A stretch of 64,000 nucleotides of DNA from Marsupella aquatica (Eukaryota > Plantae > Marchantiophyta). Both the position numbers and the translations under genes were made by a program. Positions within the stretch are counted from its first letter, which is position 1. Each line of letters opens with the position of its first letter. Shown piece after piece: positions 26,346-39,126 of this stretch. Where the stretch lies: assembly GCA_973895155.1 (NCBI GenBank), contig OZ316894.1:6286234-6350233 (forward strand), written 5' to 3'. Under the pieces are notes generated by a model, which was not told the origin of the DNA, searched no databases, and saw nothing but the letters and a program-made list of their open reading frames with translations.

Positions 26346-29300
26346 TCAAGCCTCTTTTGGCAAACGTGGATACAGAGTGTTCAACACTATCCGAGAAAAG
26401 ATATAACGGATAGCCCGTGCATCTCCCCTGGTAACAGCCTCCGGATCAAAAACAACCTTCTTTTCTTTTTTCTCTAGCTCAACGCTGTCGTTGACAACAT
26501 CATCATCAAACTCGTTTGTCCCAGAAGCAGCTCTGAACAATCCATAAGCTTTCTGAGAATACGCTTGTCCTATGGCCACCTGCGACAATTGAAGGAGCAA
26601 CGATGATGATATCAATAAGGGTAAGTCATGCTGATAGTGCAAGGATGTCAACTCAGCCTACTTGCTGAGTTGGGATAATAAAATTTAGCAACTATACGGT
26701 ACTCACTGCTGCCATAGCCCCGGTACTCTTACCAGGCTTTAGAAAATTCAACTATTTTCCAACTGTGGCGCGCCTGGTAAGAGCACCAGAATTTTTGAAA
26801 CATAAATAGGGTCTGGCGCGCAACAGTTGGAAAATACCTTCGTTGTAAGAGAGAAGGTAATCAAATTGTATACAAAGAGGATAAAGAGAGACCCACCGAT
26901 TCTTCAGGCTCCACTCCCGTGAGTGCTTGCACTACTTGGGCAGTCTCGTCCGAATCCATCATTTTGTTCAAAAACGATTTTGAGTGCTCTAAGAGAAGCG
27001 CAGCCTCCTCCATGGCGGATTCTTCCACTATGGATGCCTCGTCGCCGCCCTCAGCCGTTAAAATATGCCTTCCAAATTTCAAGTGTATTCGCTCTGCTTT
27101 TGCTGCAGCTTTCCGTGTATTACCTAAGTGATCCATAGTGAGAGCAGCAGTGGCAATCACAACAGGACTACTATTTCTATCACTGGCGGCCAGATGAAAC
27201 GCAAGAAGTGCTACCCTGTACAATATCCATTCGACAGCAATCTCTCAGACTTCAGCTCGAGTATCCAAACTAATTAATAAAATTTTGCATTGCAATGAGG
27301 TCTTATCATGGAGGACTCAATTAAGTATTCGACACAAGAGTTCACCAAACAGACATGGGGTTTCGCCTAGTTTCTTGTCCCAGGAAAAATGAGCCTGGAA
27401 AAGAGGCTCTTGATTCCAATTCGATGCAAGTTAATACTGCGCTGATGTTTGAATATTTTGTTTCACAGAATGCATACGCAATTGTAAAAAATGCATGAGA
27501 TTTTCGTCGAAGATGTACAAGAAGGTATCTACATAACACCCCAATCGATTGGTGCTCAAATTCTTCAATGATATGTTAAAATGCAAGGTTTACGCACTTA
27601 CGGAATGAACCGCCTAACAAGTAACTCAGTGTAGACCCATTCGATACACTACTGTCAACGTTCATACGAAGACTTTACCAAATGCAACTCATCAAAGTGA
27701 TCTTCATTACTACATTGTTGGTCCGATACCTGGATCCCCACCAACATTTACGTTTCAGTTTGTTATCGCATTCAATATTACTTCACGCATTTGCAACATC
27801 ATTCTGTAAAGCAAACAAATGGTCGAGGACAAAGAACTGACCATAAAGAGCCATGGCAAGGTCGATCAGGTGCAACCACTTTATCAAGAGTCCTCAGCAG
27901 ATCCTACAAGAAGCGAAAAACTCATGTAAAATTACCACTATTGGCTTCGTAAGACCATTATCGCAAGCAAAGGAAACCAACCCTCCTTTCTATATTATAT
28001 ACCCAAAGAGCCAAACGACTTTACGCCTGAATGAAAGAGACAATGAAAAGTGCTAAGATTCGTGTAACAAAACTGTCGCCAGTCTGCCTACTGAAAAATA
28101 CTCTAAGGATGCTCGTGAATTTCCGGACATCAGGCTTGTAGAAAATGTGGATGACCTGTCAACATTTTGATGGGCTGCTTCCTTTCACACAAAAGCAAAT
28201 AATCTTGAAAGAACAGGGAAGTGGGTCAATAATTTCAAAAGCAAGATAACCAAAGATATCTTCACAAACTTACGAGGAGAAGGTTGCTGCCTGGATCTCT
28301 TCGTTTGAACTCTTGGCTAATAAAATAACCAGCCTGCAAACGACAAAAATCTTTATTGCTCTTTGTTGTTGGCATAATACAGTTGACGTCTGCTGTGGAC
28401 TTGCTGCTGTCGACCCCGTATTATGGACAGATGCAAATGGCTTGGTATACTACAGAACCACAATAATGCAAGCGCTTTAGAGCAATTTCCCTTGCCTGGA
28501 GAGGAAGCAACAATTCCAGGATACCATATCTCCAAAGCAATCTCAGTGAAGGCTCTGCAGATCCATAGGAGAAGAACATATTTGCCTCCAGCATCAACCT
28601 GCCCTGTAGACACACCAGTCCTGAAATCAGAAGTGGATAAACTGCCATAAAAACTGAAGGCTAGAAAGCACTTGCAGAACAACCCCGATCTTATGTGATC
28701 TTAACCATTACACACGTCAGACAAAGCCAGAATTAGATTTAGGGACTTCAGAACTGATTTAGAAGAAAGCACACCTTATTCACTTTCAAGAGAGAGAATC
28801 TTTGGTCCTTAATGGCTTGGGCAGTACTCTTAGTAAATTTAAAACCTAGACGGGCAGCAATCCTGATGGCTCGTAAAATTCTCGCTGCGCATGGACAAGA
28901 AGAGAGGCAGATACCTCATTCACCTGAGTAAGACGGTCCACAGAGATTGATAGCAATTATTCTATCAACGGAAATATATTCTAGATTACAGTCCCAAAGA
29001 CAAAAATATAAGAAAATCAACCTTTGCTAGTAAAATTTTTATCTTCTTCAATCAGAGGGGGCGTCATCCACAAGTACCATACGACAGATCCAAATGCTCC
29101 CTCTTAACGAAATCACTCTCAATCCAAAAGTAGCAGACAGGTCAACTCAAACACTTTCGGCTTACTAGACTGACCGAGCAAGCAGCACGTTGGAATGAGC
29201 AACGTGCAGATCCTGCCATTTAAAAGCAACTAGAATAATACTCGCTTTCGAGAAACCTACCTGAATCTTCTGTGAATGATTCATCAGCGGGGATAACTGT

Positions 29301-32182
29301 TCGCACCTATGAGGCCACCCAGTTTGAATCAGTACTGAGCATCCTTCAGTGTCGCATTATCCATACTTCAAAGACCACTTTGCTCATCCAAATCCACGTC
29401 AAGTACCACAGATATTTCTACAGGAGGCCAATGACAGGAAGTGAAGCGGTGATAACCAAGAGACTTCGAAGAAATGGCTCTCCAACCAGATACCTTGAAT
29501 TTTCTCAAGTCTCGAAGCCCCCCAACATAGTCGTATAAAAGGCGCTTAAATGGGTCATACATTAATCTGCAATATCCAACAGCAGCTCATTCCCAGCTCA
29601 GGTTATAGTCAATCTCACAGATTCTAAATAAAATTTTGAGTGTGATAGTGGAGATGGGAGACACGCTTACCCGTTTATAGTGAAGTCCCGCTTTAAAGAA
29701 TTCTCCCAGCGAGCAAAATCTCGATCATCCCATCCTTCTGTTCCATCAATGATGGCATCTTTTGGAATAAATTCCGCAGACTTATGCCGATCCTTTTTAT
29801 TTTTTCGAAGATTTGTGCTGAAACTAGAGACCTGCATATTTCAAGAGATTACCAACCACAATAAATACAACTCTGAGTTTTCTGGCATATAGAGACCCAG
29901 ATATATCCCTCGGATGAAGTGGGTTGAAAGTTTTCGTCCTTGTAACTACAAAACTTCGAAAAGTCTCATAAAAAATGTCGGTATATATTGCGAGAACCTC
30001 AGCAAGGTGAGACTGCTAACAGTCCGGGGGACCGTGTGAGTTTAAAGTGTTCATAATCAAGGAAAAAGGCAATGGGAACTGGTTTAATTGTGATGAAGAG
30101 AATACCTCAATTGTGTCGCCATGAGAGTGCACGTGGCAAATGGGGAATCTCTTCCCCACGATGAATGATCGCCCAGGGAAACTTCTCTTCACCTGGTCTC
30201 ACAAACGCAAATTATATCACACACGGTTTCTTCAACATTCACAAGAAAAAGCCAGGAGAGTCTAGACAATAACAATAGAAGTCAGAACAAACACAGTACA
30301 GAAGGCATGCTATGAAGTATTCTGTATCACCATAACTAGTTTAAAATGGAAAAATGGCTAAGATTTGGACCTTGCAAGGAATCTTGAAAAGCTATGAGCT
30401 ACCTCATCTAACCTAGGAGCATATGTTGAAACTATTCCATAGAAAGGGACAGACACGGTGTATGTCAGAACTATCAAACTGCACTTGGATGAATGAGAAG
30501 CTCTACCTCTCCAGGGTCTGCCGTGGACAAAACATCAAAATCCTTAGGAACCTGCTTCAAGAGCAGATCTCGGACACTGCCTCCAACAAGATACGCCTCA
30601 AATCCTGTTGTGGTAGGCAAGGTTAGACGAAATTTCCGGCTTGGCCATAGAAAGAAACTAGAAGTAGTCCAGGCTCCTTAAAGTCATCCTGACAAAAACT
30701 CCAACGTTGAACTGCAACATTAACAAGATAAGAATAGTCGCGTGGCCACATCTGTGTATTCAGATACTCACGTACCTGCCCTGTGGAGATTGTCAAGAAC
30801 TCTCCAGGTTGATTGAGGAATGAATTCATCGTGCAATCTATGTTCAGCCTTTCTCAGTACCTTCAGCTGCACTTGGACTCGCTTCTCGGAATCTACACAG
30901 AAAGCGGGTCACAACACCCTGCCCATCGTAATTGCTCTCTATGCAAACCTGCATTCTTTGGATAGATGAAACCACTATCTTCAAAGCATCTTCCGACCTT
31001 AGCTCTGGATCTTACCAGGAGTACATAACGGAGATACCATTGCTGAGGTCTGACACCAGTGCTTCAGATGCTTAGAAAAGGCCAAGTCACTCAAAGAACC
31101 ATTGAAGCTAGCGTCCTGCACAGCCACATAGTCAAATTACATGAAATTCAGATGGGTAGCCCCTACACAAAGCCTTCCTGCGTTGTGGACCAATGCAAGT
31201 GGTAGCTCCACCTCTTCCGAATACAAACACCCACGACGGGCTTCAACCAAAGTTCGAAAAATCATACAGGAAAACATGAAAGATATTACAAAATATAGCA
31301 ACTTTCATCCTAAACCCTAAACCCATATGTCTTTTTGATATCACATCAGCAAGAAACAGAGAAAATTAACAAACAAATTTCTTAGCACATATCACACAGT
31401 CATAGTGACTGTACATCGTAAAACTGATAGGAATTGATGTGCACCAACCAGAAGGATGGAGTGAAGATGCAAATGATTTTCATGTCCGCATTTCCTTGGG
31501 CTGAGAGAAGTTGGATATAAGGTGAGATCGCGTAGCGGACCTCAGCTCTAGAAATTAAACATCTGCCAAGGCCTTCAGGGTCACTTGCACATCAACCTCA
31601 GGATATGCTCCATCAGCGTCATTGCATCACACTAAACCATACAATGGATAATAGTCATGTCTGCTATCGGAGTACAATGGATAATAGTCATGTCTGCTAT
31701 CGGAGTACAATGGATAATAGTCATGTCTGCTATTGGACTACAATGGATAATAGTCATGTCTGCTATTGGAGTACCCGCTCAGGAGCCCATTTCTTGTAAG
31801 CACCTTGCCAGCATGTCCTTTGAATATCCCCAAGGACACGAAAAACTAAGTTTGGTTCCCTGTGCAGTAATGGCACGGAATGTCGGAATGTCACCTTAGT
31901 TGATAGCTCAGGAGGACTAGAACCCTAAACCCACATGCTGGTCAAATATGATGTGCAATCTATTTTTCTCACATAACAACTGCATTGTTCACACTTAGCA
32001 ACAGAATTCAGTACCAAAAAATCTCGATTCGAAGGTAAGTCCAACATTTCGAAAGAATCGGACATTTCAAATCCTAGATTACTGTCTTCCGGCTGTTGCG
32101 AAATTGCAGGTACCTGGGAGTGTGGTGATGGCAGGGAGCTTTGGAGGAGGCGCATGGAACGGCGCCACTGGGCGCGAGACAT
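26346..32182 (-). CDS. Bacterial-type (PcnB-like) poly(A) polymerase, class II nucleotidyltransferase, probably organelle-targeted; about 14 exons; start codon uncertain (32182 or 32281)
   Basis: Exons encode YLVGGSVRDLLLKQVPKDFDV (DxD), the PAP signature IVGKRFPICHVH, KRDFTINGLMYDP, SFTEDS|ARILRAIRIAARLGF, GRLMLEANMFFSYGSAEPSLRLLWRYG and LDKVVAPDRPCHGSLW. The R/S-rich N-terminus MSRAQWRRSMRLLQSS resembles a transit peptide. Confidence 0.9.
31640..31774. repeat. Intronic minisatellite, 33 bp x4
   Basis: 'tacaatggataatagtcatgtctgctat(c/t)gga(g/c)' four times head to tail with no spacers. Confidence 0.95.
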
Positions 32183-33181
32183 CGACAATCGACTACTGGC
32201 TTTGCTTTCAAAGCCCGACACCACCTCTAATTTCAGGTCACGATCGGGATTAGCATTCCCGGACTTGCATTGGCCTCGCATTGAACGTCACGGCCATCGA
32301 TGGTAGAGCAGCCATGGGATAGTGCATTCCACAAACGCATTGGAAATTGCGCGGTGACACCACTGTACTCACTGTTGCTCCGCTGATTGGCTGCAACCGA
32401 ATTCACGAACTCCAACAGGACTTCCAAATTACACACCAAAGAGCCAGAGTCGAGAATATGAGCAAAAGAAGAGCATGAACACACTGTTGCACAAATCATG
32501 ATGCCCTCACTTCAAATATTATCCATCTACCCAAATAAAAAACTATAATAACAGCACTTTATAGAGATCAAAAACTATAATAGAGACCCAAACTTTGCCC
32601 CAAATCAAAAATTATAATAAAAGGTCCTGCCACGCACGTATTGTAAAGAAGGCCTCGGTGGTTTTAAGTCTGTAAGCATGGAAGAGCCTCTTATAGATAC
32701 ACTCACGAAAAGCAAGAGAGCCTCGAGTTGAATGCCGAGTTCGGTCTGTTTCTCGTGTCGCCTTCTTTTGATGCTTCCAGTAGCAGAGTAGTAGTGTAGC
32801 TCTAGTGTAGCTCTGTTCTGCTGCTCTGTTCTGCTCGACGTCCGCTTTCGGTCCAGTACTCACCAGCGTATATTTTAAGTGCGAATTTTAGCCAAATTCC
32901 ACCTCCCAAAAAAACTTTCGCCACTTTTGGCTAATATTCGCTACATTTTTCTGACACCATTAGCCACTCTTCCACCAAATCATGGCCCCATTAGCCAGAA
33001 TCTAAGGGTCCTCCTTAAATATAGGGATATCTGACAGTCAACATTTAATTCAGTAAAATCTGACAGAGAATATTTCTAGAATCTACTCCCTTGGAGAAGT
33101 AAACATTGGCCACACTGGCTAAAAAGAAAAAACCTTAAAAAATACACTGGTACTAACTACGGAACAGTTCAGCACTGTCGT

Positions 33182-33340
33182 CCAAAGCATCCTCCGGTCA
33201 TTTCTCTGCTCGTCGTCATCACTACAGTGTCATAGATCTGTCCCTCCGAAAATGATGCTCCCAAAGCATCCTCCGGTCATTTCTCTGCTCGTCATCATCA
33301 CTACAGTGTCATAGATCTGTCCCTCCGAAAATGATGCTCC
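33182..33340. repeat. Tandem duplication, about 79 bp x2
   Basis: 'ccaaagcatcctccggtcatttctctgctcgtc.tcatcactacagtgtcatagatctgtccctccgaaaatgatgctc' occurs twice. Confidence 0.9.
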
Positions 33341-33500
33341 CATAGACCACAACATTGGTTTTAGAACCCCCATGGACCACAATTCAGCAAAATTCGAGTT
33401 TAATTGCAATAATTGATGTTCATACATTCAAATGTTTTATTTTAGTTTTGAGGATGTGCTAGAGTAGTAGGTAAGCTACACGTCCCCTACAAGTGGCCAT

Positions 33501-36500
33501 TGTTATGAGGTAACTAGTCCTAGACCAGACTAGGAGGTTACCTTTACCATGGTTACCTCAAGACACTATATATACACCCGGTTGATCCCCAACCGAGTGA
33601 TTCATTCATACATTCATTAATACATTCATTCAATCTCTCTCCCTCTCCAATTATGTATGAATCCTATATCACAACACGTTATCAGCACGACTCTTGGAGG
33701 CTGAGCACTTGAATTTGTTTTTAGGGATTCGACAAGTGACAAAAATTAGACACTTGAGGGAATCCCAAGACAAAATCCCTTCAAGGAAACCTTCATTTGA
33801 GAGTCCATGTCAACCTGGTGTTGGAAATTGATGGAGTATCCTCTGTGAGAAACTGACTCCCAAGAAATTAGAAGAAACAAAATCAGAAGGAGAGGTTGAT
33901 CAGACAAAGAGTCGAACCCCTGGATTGACCCTTGTGGGATCATTAAAGCTTTAGAGGAATTGATTCTGAAATGCAAGATTGAAAGTATGCAGCATGATTT
34001 ATGGAAGGAGGAGAAGAAACACCGTAGCGCAAAGTCCATAGAGAAACTAGGATAAAGCTTGGGCTGGAGTCAATCAATCCAATCAAAGAGACCTGATTGA
34101 ATAGAGGCAGAGCACAATCAACAAAATTTCAATCAAGGTGAGATCTGAAAAGGCACCACACCCTATAGAGAACGAAGTTGCATTAGGGCTCAACAACCGG
34201 AGGGTGAAAAGGACTGAAGGAAATTTGAGGGATGGAAACCTCATGAGAAGACAACACAGTGATCACGGACACAGCCGCGAAGCCATGCAAAAGGGGGAGA
34301 ATCGATGCACAAGCCCAAAACAGCAAAATTTGGACCAGGCTTTTCGAGAAACCATCGACAAAACTTGATAAGTGCAAAACCCCCATACTTGCAATTCATT
34401 ATAAAGAGTAGTTTTACTTACAAAAAAATCAGATCACTTAAAGCATCTTTTTCAAAGCTTTAAATCACTTTAAGATACATGTGTAATCCTTAACATAAAC
34501 CTAAATCACAAGCTTACACTCTCATTTTACAAATGTGAATACTGTGCCTTTACACATTACCTACCAATACAAATGTTGAATTTACAAGCATTTATACACA
34601 TTGAATACATATAACATGGTTGTTACACCATTAATATCACTTTTCACCATAGGGGGAGGAAAGCACATTGTACCCACAACTATCTCTCACCTCCTAATGT
34701 CATTTTGGTTTATTCACCTTCTAGTACCATTTGAACTTATACACCTTCTGGTATCATTTGATCTCATAAGATCCAAACGGACTCAGATAAGGGACTTTCC
34801 ATGACTAACAAAGGTAAAGGTAGAGATGATTTGATAATGGGCAAAGCCCCTAATCTCATCTATACATGAGTTAATGAGGAGTTAATATGGGCAAAGCCCG
34901 TAATCTAACCCCTACATTCTCTTGATCAGTGGGTATTCCTATCGGACCTTACCTATAGATGAGTTCCAAATTTCAGAGATATTCCTCACACTCACAATTT
35001 CAAGAGAAAATAACATGCATTTTATGCAGATCAATGGGAAGAAACTTCATTGTCTCTAACTTATCTACTCAAAAACTTAAACCAAACTCATACACTACAA
35101 TGGAAAGTACCTCTGTACTTGGCCATACACACAGTGATTAAGACCCAAAACCAGAATCTTATACTTTGATTAAAGTTTTATACACTTTTAGCATGCATGC
35201 CTTTACAACTTGTACAGAAGTAAGACCACAAACCTCATCCATTCGGACCTAGGATCATGTTCACCAGACAAAATGAAAACACTTACTCTAAGACATTGGA
35301 CTAGGATAAGGGAATTAGAAAACTAACAATGTTAAAGGTATGGTACAAATGTTTGGATTATGGGCAAAGCCCCTAACCTCATCTAGTCAAGACCCAATGC
35401 GGGGTTAATATGGGCAAAGCCCGTAATCTACCTTGATACACTCTTCATTTTAGGGAACGGAATAACATCGCGGACCAATGACACCTTCACCTTTGTGTAT
35501 TACTATTAAACAAATCTCTTAGATTGAAACTAAAATTAAGACAATTTTCATCTCCACACCCAACATAGAATTAACGGGAAAACAAAATGAATTAGATGCA
35601 GACCAAGGGAAAGAAACTCAATTCTCTCAAAACTTATCTATTGAAGAACTTGAGCCCACCTACACCACAATTGTACGTACAACTAGTACTTGGAAACTAA
35701 ACAAAGACTATCCTCATATATCTCTATACGAGGAGCCAAATAGTTTAGGGGGAACATCTTATCTCCACAAGTTACTCTAACTTCAAATCTCCCTACATGG
35801 CTATCCCATGTCTCAATAATATTTTGAATCTACTTACATGACCTGCTACCCCATGTCTTGACACACTTGTCAAACTACCCCATGATATTTGCAGACGTGC
35901 AGGCAGACGTGCCACTCACGAGAGACCTAACTTAACCGACACCCTCTGGTGTGATTCTGGTTCATACACCCTCTGGTGTAGCTTGAGACCTAACACCCTT
36001 TGGTGTCAACAACCCTGTGTCCACTAGCACCTCTGTGCCTCCTAACACCTTCGTGTCCATCAGCACCACTATACTCTCAAATGAGCTTATTGCCATAGAC
36101 TCTCCCATGATAACATTGCCCCATCCTACCCACATACGGGTTTTTTATCTTGACTTTGGGCATTCTAAATATGGTACTTACACCATACCAAACTAGGACT
36201 TTTCTATCATTTTATAATAATACATAATTAGCATCCGTTGATGCAACATGTCTACTCCACACTTTGGAAAACTCTCATTTAGCAATTGGGTTAATTAGCA
36301 CCTTCGGTATCAATCCAGTGATCTGAAACATATAGGATAATGCCACTGCATCCCCACACAACCCACATTAATTATCTTAATACCCCCTGGTATTAGATAG
36401 CATAAGCCATACTAAAACATGACATGGTTCCTCCAGCTACTAACCAAACTACTAATTATTTGGAACTTAGATTGTTTATTTGATGCAAGGCCATACTAGT

Positions 36501-37143
36501 GACCCAAATTTCAAATGCGGAGAACTAGACAAAGTTTTTCATGAAGACATTGACCCCTCCTGTCCACAGACACCACTGCCATGCAATTGAACTCCGAAGC
36601 TTACACCGCCTGATTACTACTGATTGACACATGATTGACACACACCACCACCATGGTTCAACTCTCACATCTCACCAAGAGTACCAACCGACTGTACTCT
36701 TTTTCCTTTAGGGTCATATATTTTATTTTTTCTCTACTACCCTGGTAGAGTTGTTTTTACCTCAATCTAGCACCACTAAAGGTTTTAACGAGGCAGTCCA
36801 CCTCTTTGGTCAATCAAACATACATGTCTATAAGCATGCAAACACTTTTTACTATCACTGAAACTCATCCCGTGCAAGTCTATAAGCATGGTGATAGATT
36901 TTTCTTACCTAGTTGTAGGACTAGTCTAGATTGTCTCCATAACTCCCATTATGTAGCCAAGGGGGAGTGTTATGAGGTAACTAGTCCTAGACCAGACTAG
37001 GAGGTTACCTTTACCATGGTTACCTCAAGACACTATATATACACCCGGTTGATCCCCAACCGAGTGATTCATTCATACATTCATTAATACATTTATTCAA
37101 TCTCTCTCCCTCTCCAACTATGTATGAATCCTATATCACAACA
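33501..37143 (+). mobile_element. Complete non-autonomous LTR retrotransposon (copia, Bianca-like); LTRs 33501-33676 and 36968-37143
   Basis: 176-bp TG...CA LTRs with 2 differences by eye, GCCAT TSD on both sides, PBS-like CGTTATCAGCACGA at 33677, PPT AAGGGGGAG before the 3' LTR, and no gag/pol ORF inside. Confidence 0.95.
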
Positions 37144-37569
37144 GCCATGACTTTTTGGTCATTTTGGTTGAATTATTAATAGTGAAATGGAATGTGGAGG
37201 GGTAAATTCTATTAGATTAATTTTCATTGCATTAATATGAAATATATTAGGGTTTGTGTTTTTTTTCCATCTCCTCCTTCTCTAGTAGTTGCCTTGCTAG
37301 TGAAGAACTAAAAATTATTTTAACACTCATAATCATCAAATTTTAAGCCGGAAACTCCCATGGACCACCAAAATGTGGTCCACGGGAGCATTGTATCCAT
37401 CTGGGCTTCACTTTCCTGTCACTCCGGTTTGCACAATAAATAAATAACTATTGTAATTTTGGAAACTAAAGCTGAGCCTAGATGGACCTCCACTTTGTCT
37501 ATGAATCCCAAATGGACTGGCAAAGCTTGGATGGAGTTGCTCAAAACTAAAGCCAAACCCTGATGGACC

Positions 37570-39126
37570 TATTAGAATGATGTGTTTGGTTTCATCATTC
37601 TGGTTATTTATGTGGATAACATGCTGATTGTGGCTAAAGATCAATCTGAGGTTAACAGTCTCAAAGCAAAATTGAGTGCTAAATTCAGGATGAAGGATAT
37701 TAGTAAGGCCAAGAGGATCTTAGGGATGGAGATTTTTAGGAACTCTGATACTGGACAATTGTGCTTGAGTCAAAGCCAGTATGCCAGGAAAGTACTCGCA
37801 CGATTCAACTTGGAAAATTGTAAGCCAATGAGTATTCCCTTAGCTTCACATTTCAAGTTATCATCGGCTTTCTCTCCTACGGATGCTGTGGAGAAAGGTC
37901 TGATAGCTAAGATTCCTTATGAGAAGGCAATAGGCAGTCTGATGTATTTGATGACTTGTACTAGGCCTAACTTGGCCCTAGCGATGGGCAAGGTTAGTAG
38001 ATTCATGTCAAATCTAGGGAAGGTACACTGGGAAGCTGTGAAGTCGATTCTCAGGTATGTGAAGGGAGCACAGGACTATGGATTACTATTTGATAACAGA
38101 TCAGATAGAACGTTAGTTGACTATGTAATCTGACTATGGAGGCTGTCTGGATACAAGGAGGTCTACAACTGGGTTTGTTTACACTCTTAGAGGAGGATGT
38201 ATCAGTTGGAAATCTACCTTGCAAAAGTGCATATCTCAGTCTACTACAGAAGTAGAGTATGTTGCAGCAACAGAAGCAACAAAGGAAGCAATTTGGTTGG
38301 ATAAGTTGATCGTGGAGATGGGTTTAGAGCATGGCAAAATGACTCTAAATTGTGATAGTCAGAGTGCTCTTCACTTGACTGCTAACCAGGTGATGGATAG
38401 TAGGGTGAAGCACATTGATATCAGGTACCATTTTATTAGGCAAGCAATGTCTGATAAAACTTTTGAGTTAATCAAGATTGATGGAAAGCTCAATCCTACT
38501 GATGCCTTTACTAAAGTGATTCCTTTGGATAGTTTCTCAAGACACCGTGCTACTTTGCAGGTTTTGCAATTGTAGTGCAAGTAGAGTTATTTAGCAATGT
38601 GTGACTATTTGTATGTGGATTACTCATTCCTGTTTGGCTACGGCTTAGTTCTAGTTAACCCTTAGTTAACCCTTGTGGTTTTTAGGGGGAGACTTGGTTT
38701 GGTAATTGTCTAGAACTTCCCGCTGAAGATTCCATATGGTAACATTTAGTCTAGTCCCCAAGACAAGAATCAAGGGGGAGTTTGTTAGATATTGCTCTAG
38801 ACTTGTGACTCATGAGCTAACTACAGTTAAGCTAACTCGGGTTAGGACTTAGCTATTGTTAGCGGTAGTGCTGTTGTGTATATAGCCAGGGTTGATGCTA
38901 GACCCTGGTGGAACTTAGGCTCATTGTTACAGAGCTAGTTGAGAGATAGGGAGAGCTTGTGCTGTGGATGTTTGGAATGGCCTGTCGGCCTAGAGTGCAG
39001 TAAAGCTCTTGTGTGTTCCCATGGACGTAGCCTCATGTGGAGGTGAACCACGTATCTCTCTGTGTCGACTCTTGTGCGTTGGATGGTTCATGAGCTTGCC
39101 GTTACGAATGTCGTCTATGCTCAACA
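37570..39126 (+). mobile_element. Internally deleted Ty1/copia element: RT C-terminus, RNase H, PPT and 3' LTR (38783-39126)
   Basis: RT ORF 37582-38133 (YVDNML, MKDISKAKRILGMEI, IGSLMYLMTCTRP, HWEAVKSILRY) and RNase H 38219-38575 (STTEVEY, CDSQSA, KHIDIRYHFIR), with frameshift/stop between them. PPT aagggggag. Flanks ggacc/agacc. Confidence 0.93.

Noticed and set aside
31640-31774. 33-bp repeats resembling a CRISPR array
   Set aside because: Head-to-tail with no unique spacers, inside a plant intron, and no cas genes present.
26346-32182. Annotation as a CCA-adding enzyme
   Set aside because: The IVGKRFPICHV signature indicates the poly(A) polymerase branch of class II nucleotidyltransferases.
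33501-33676. Retrozyme (hammerhead ribozyme in the LTR)
   Set aside because: No CUGANGA...GAAA core found in the LTR on either strand.
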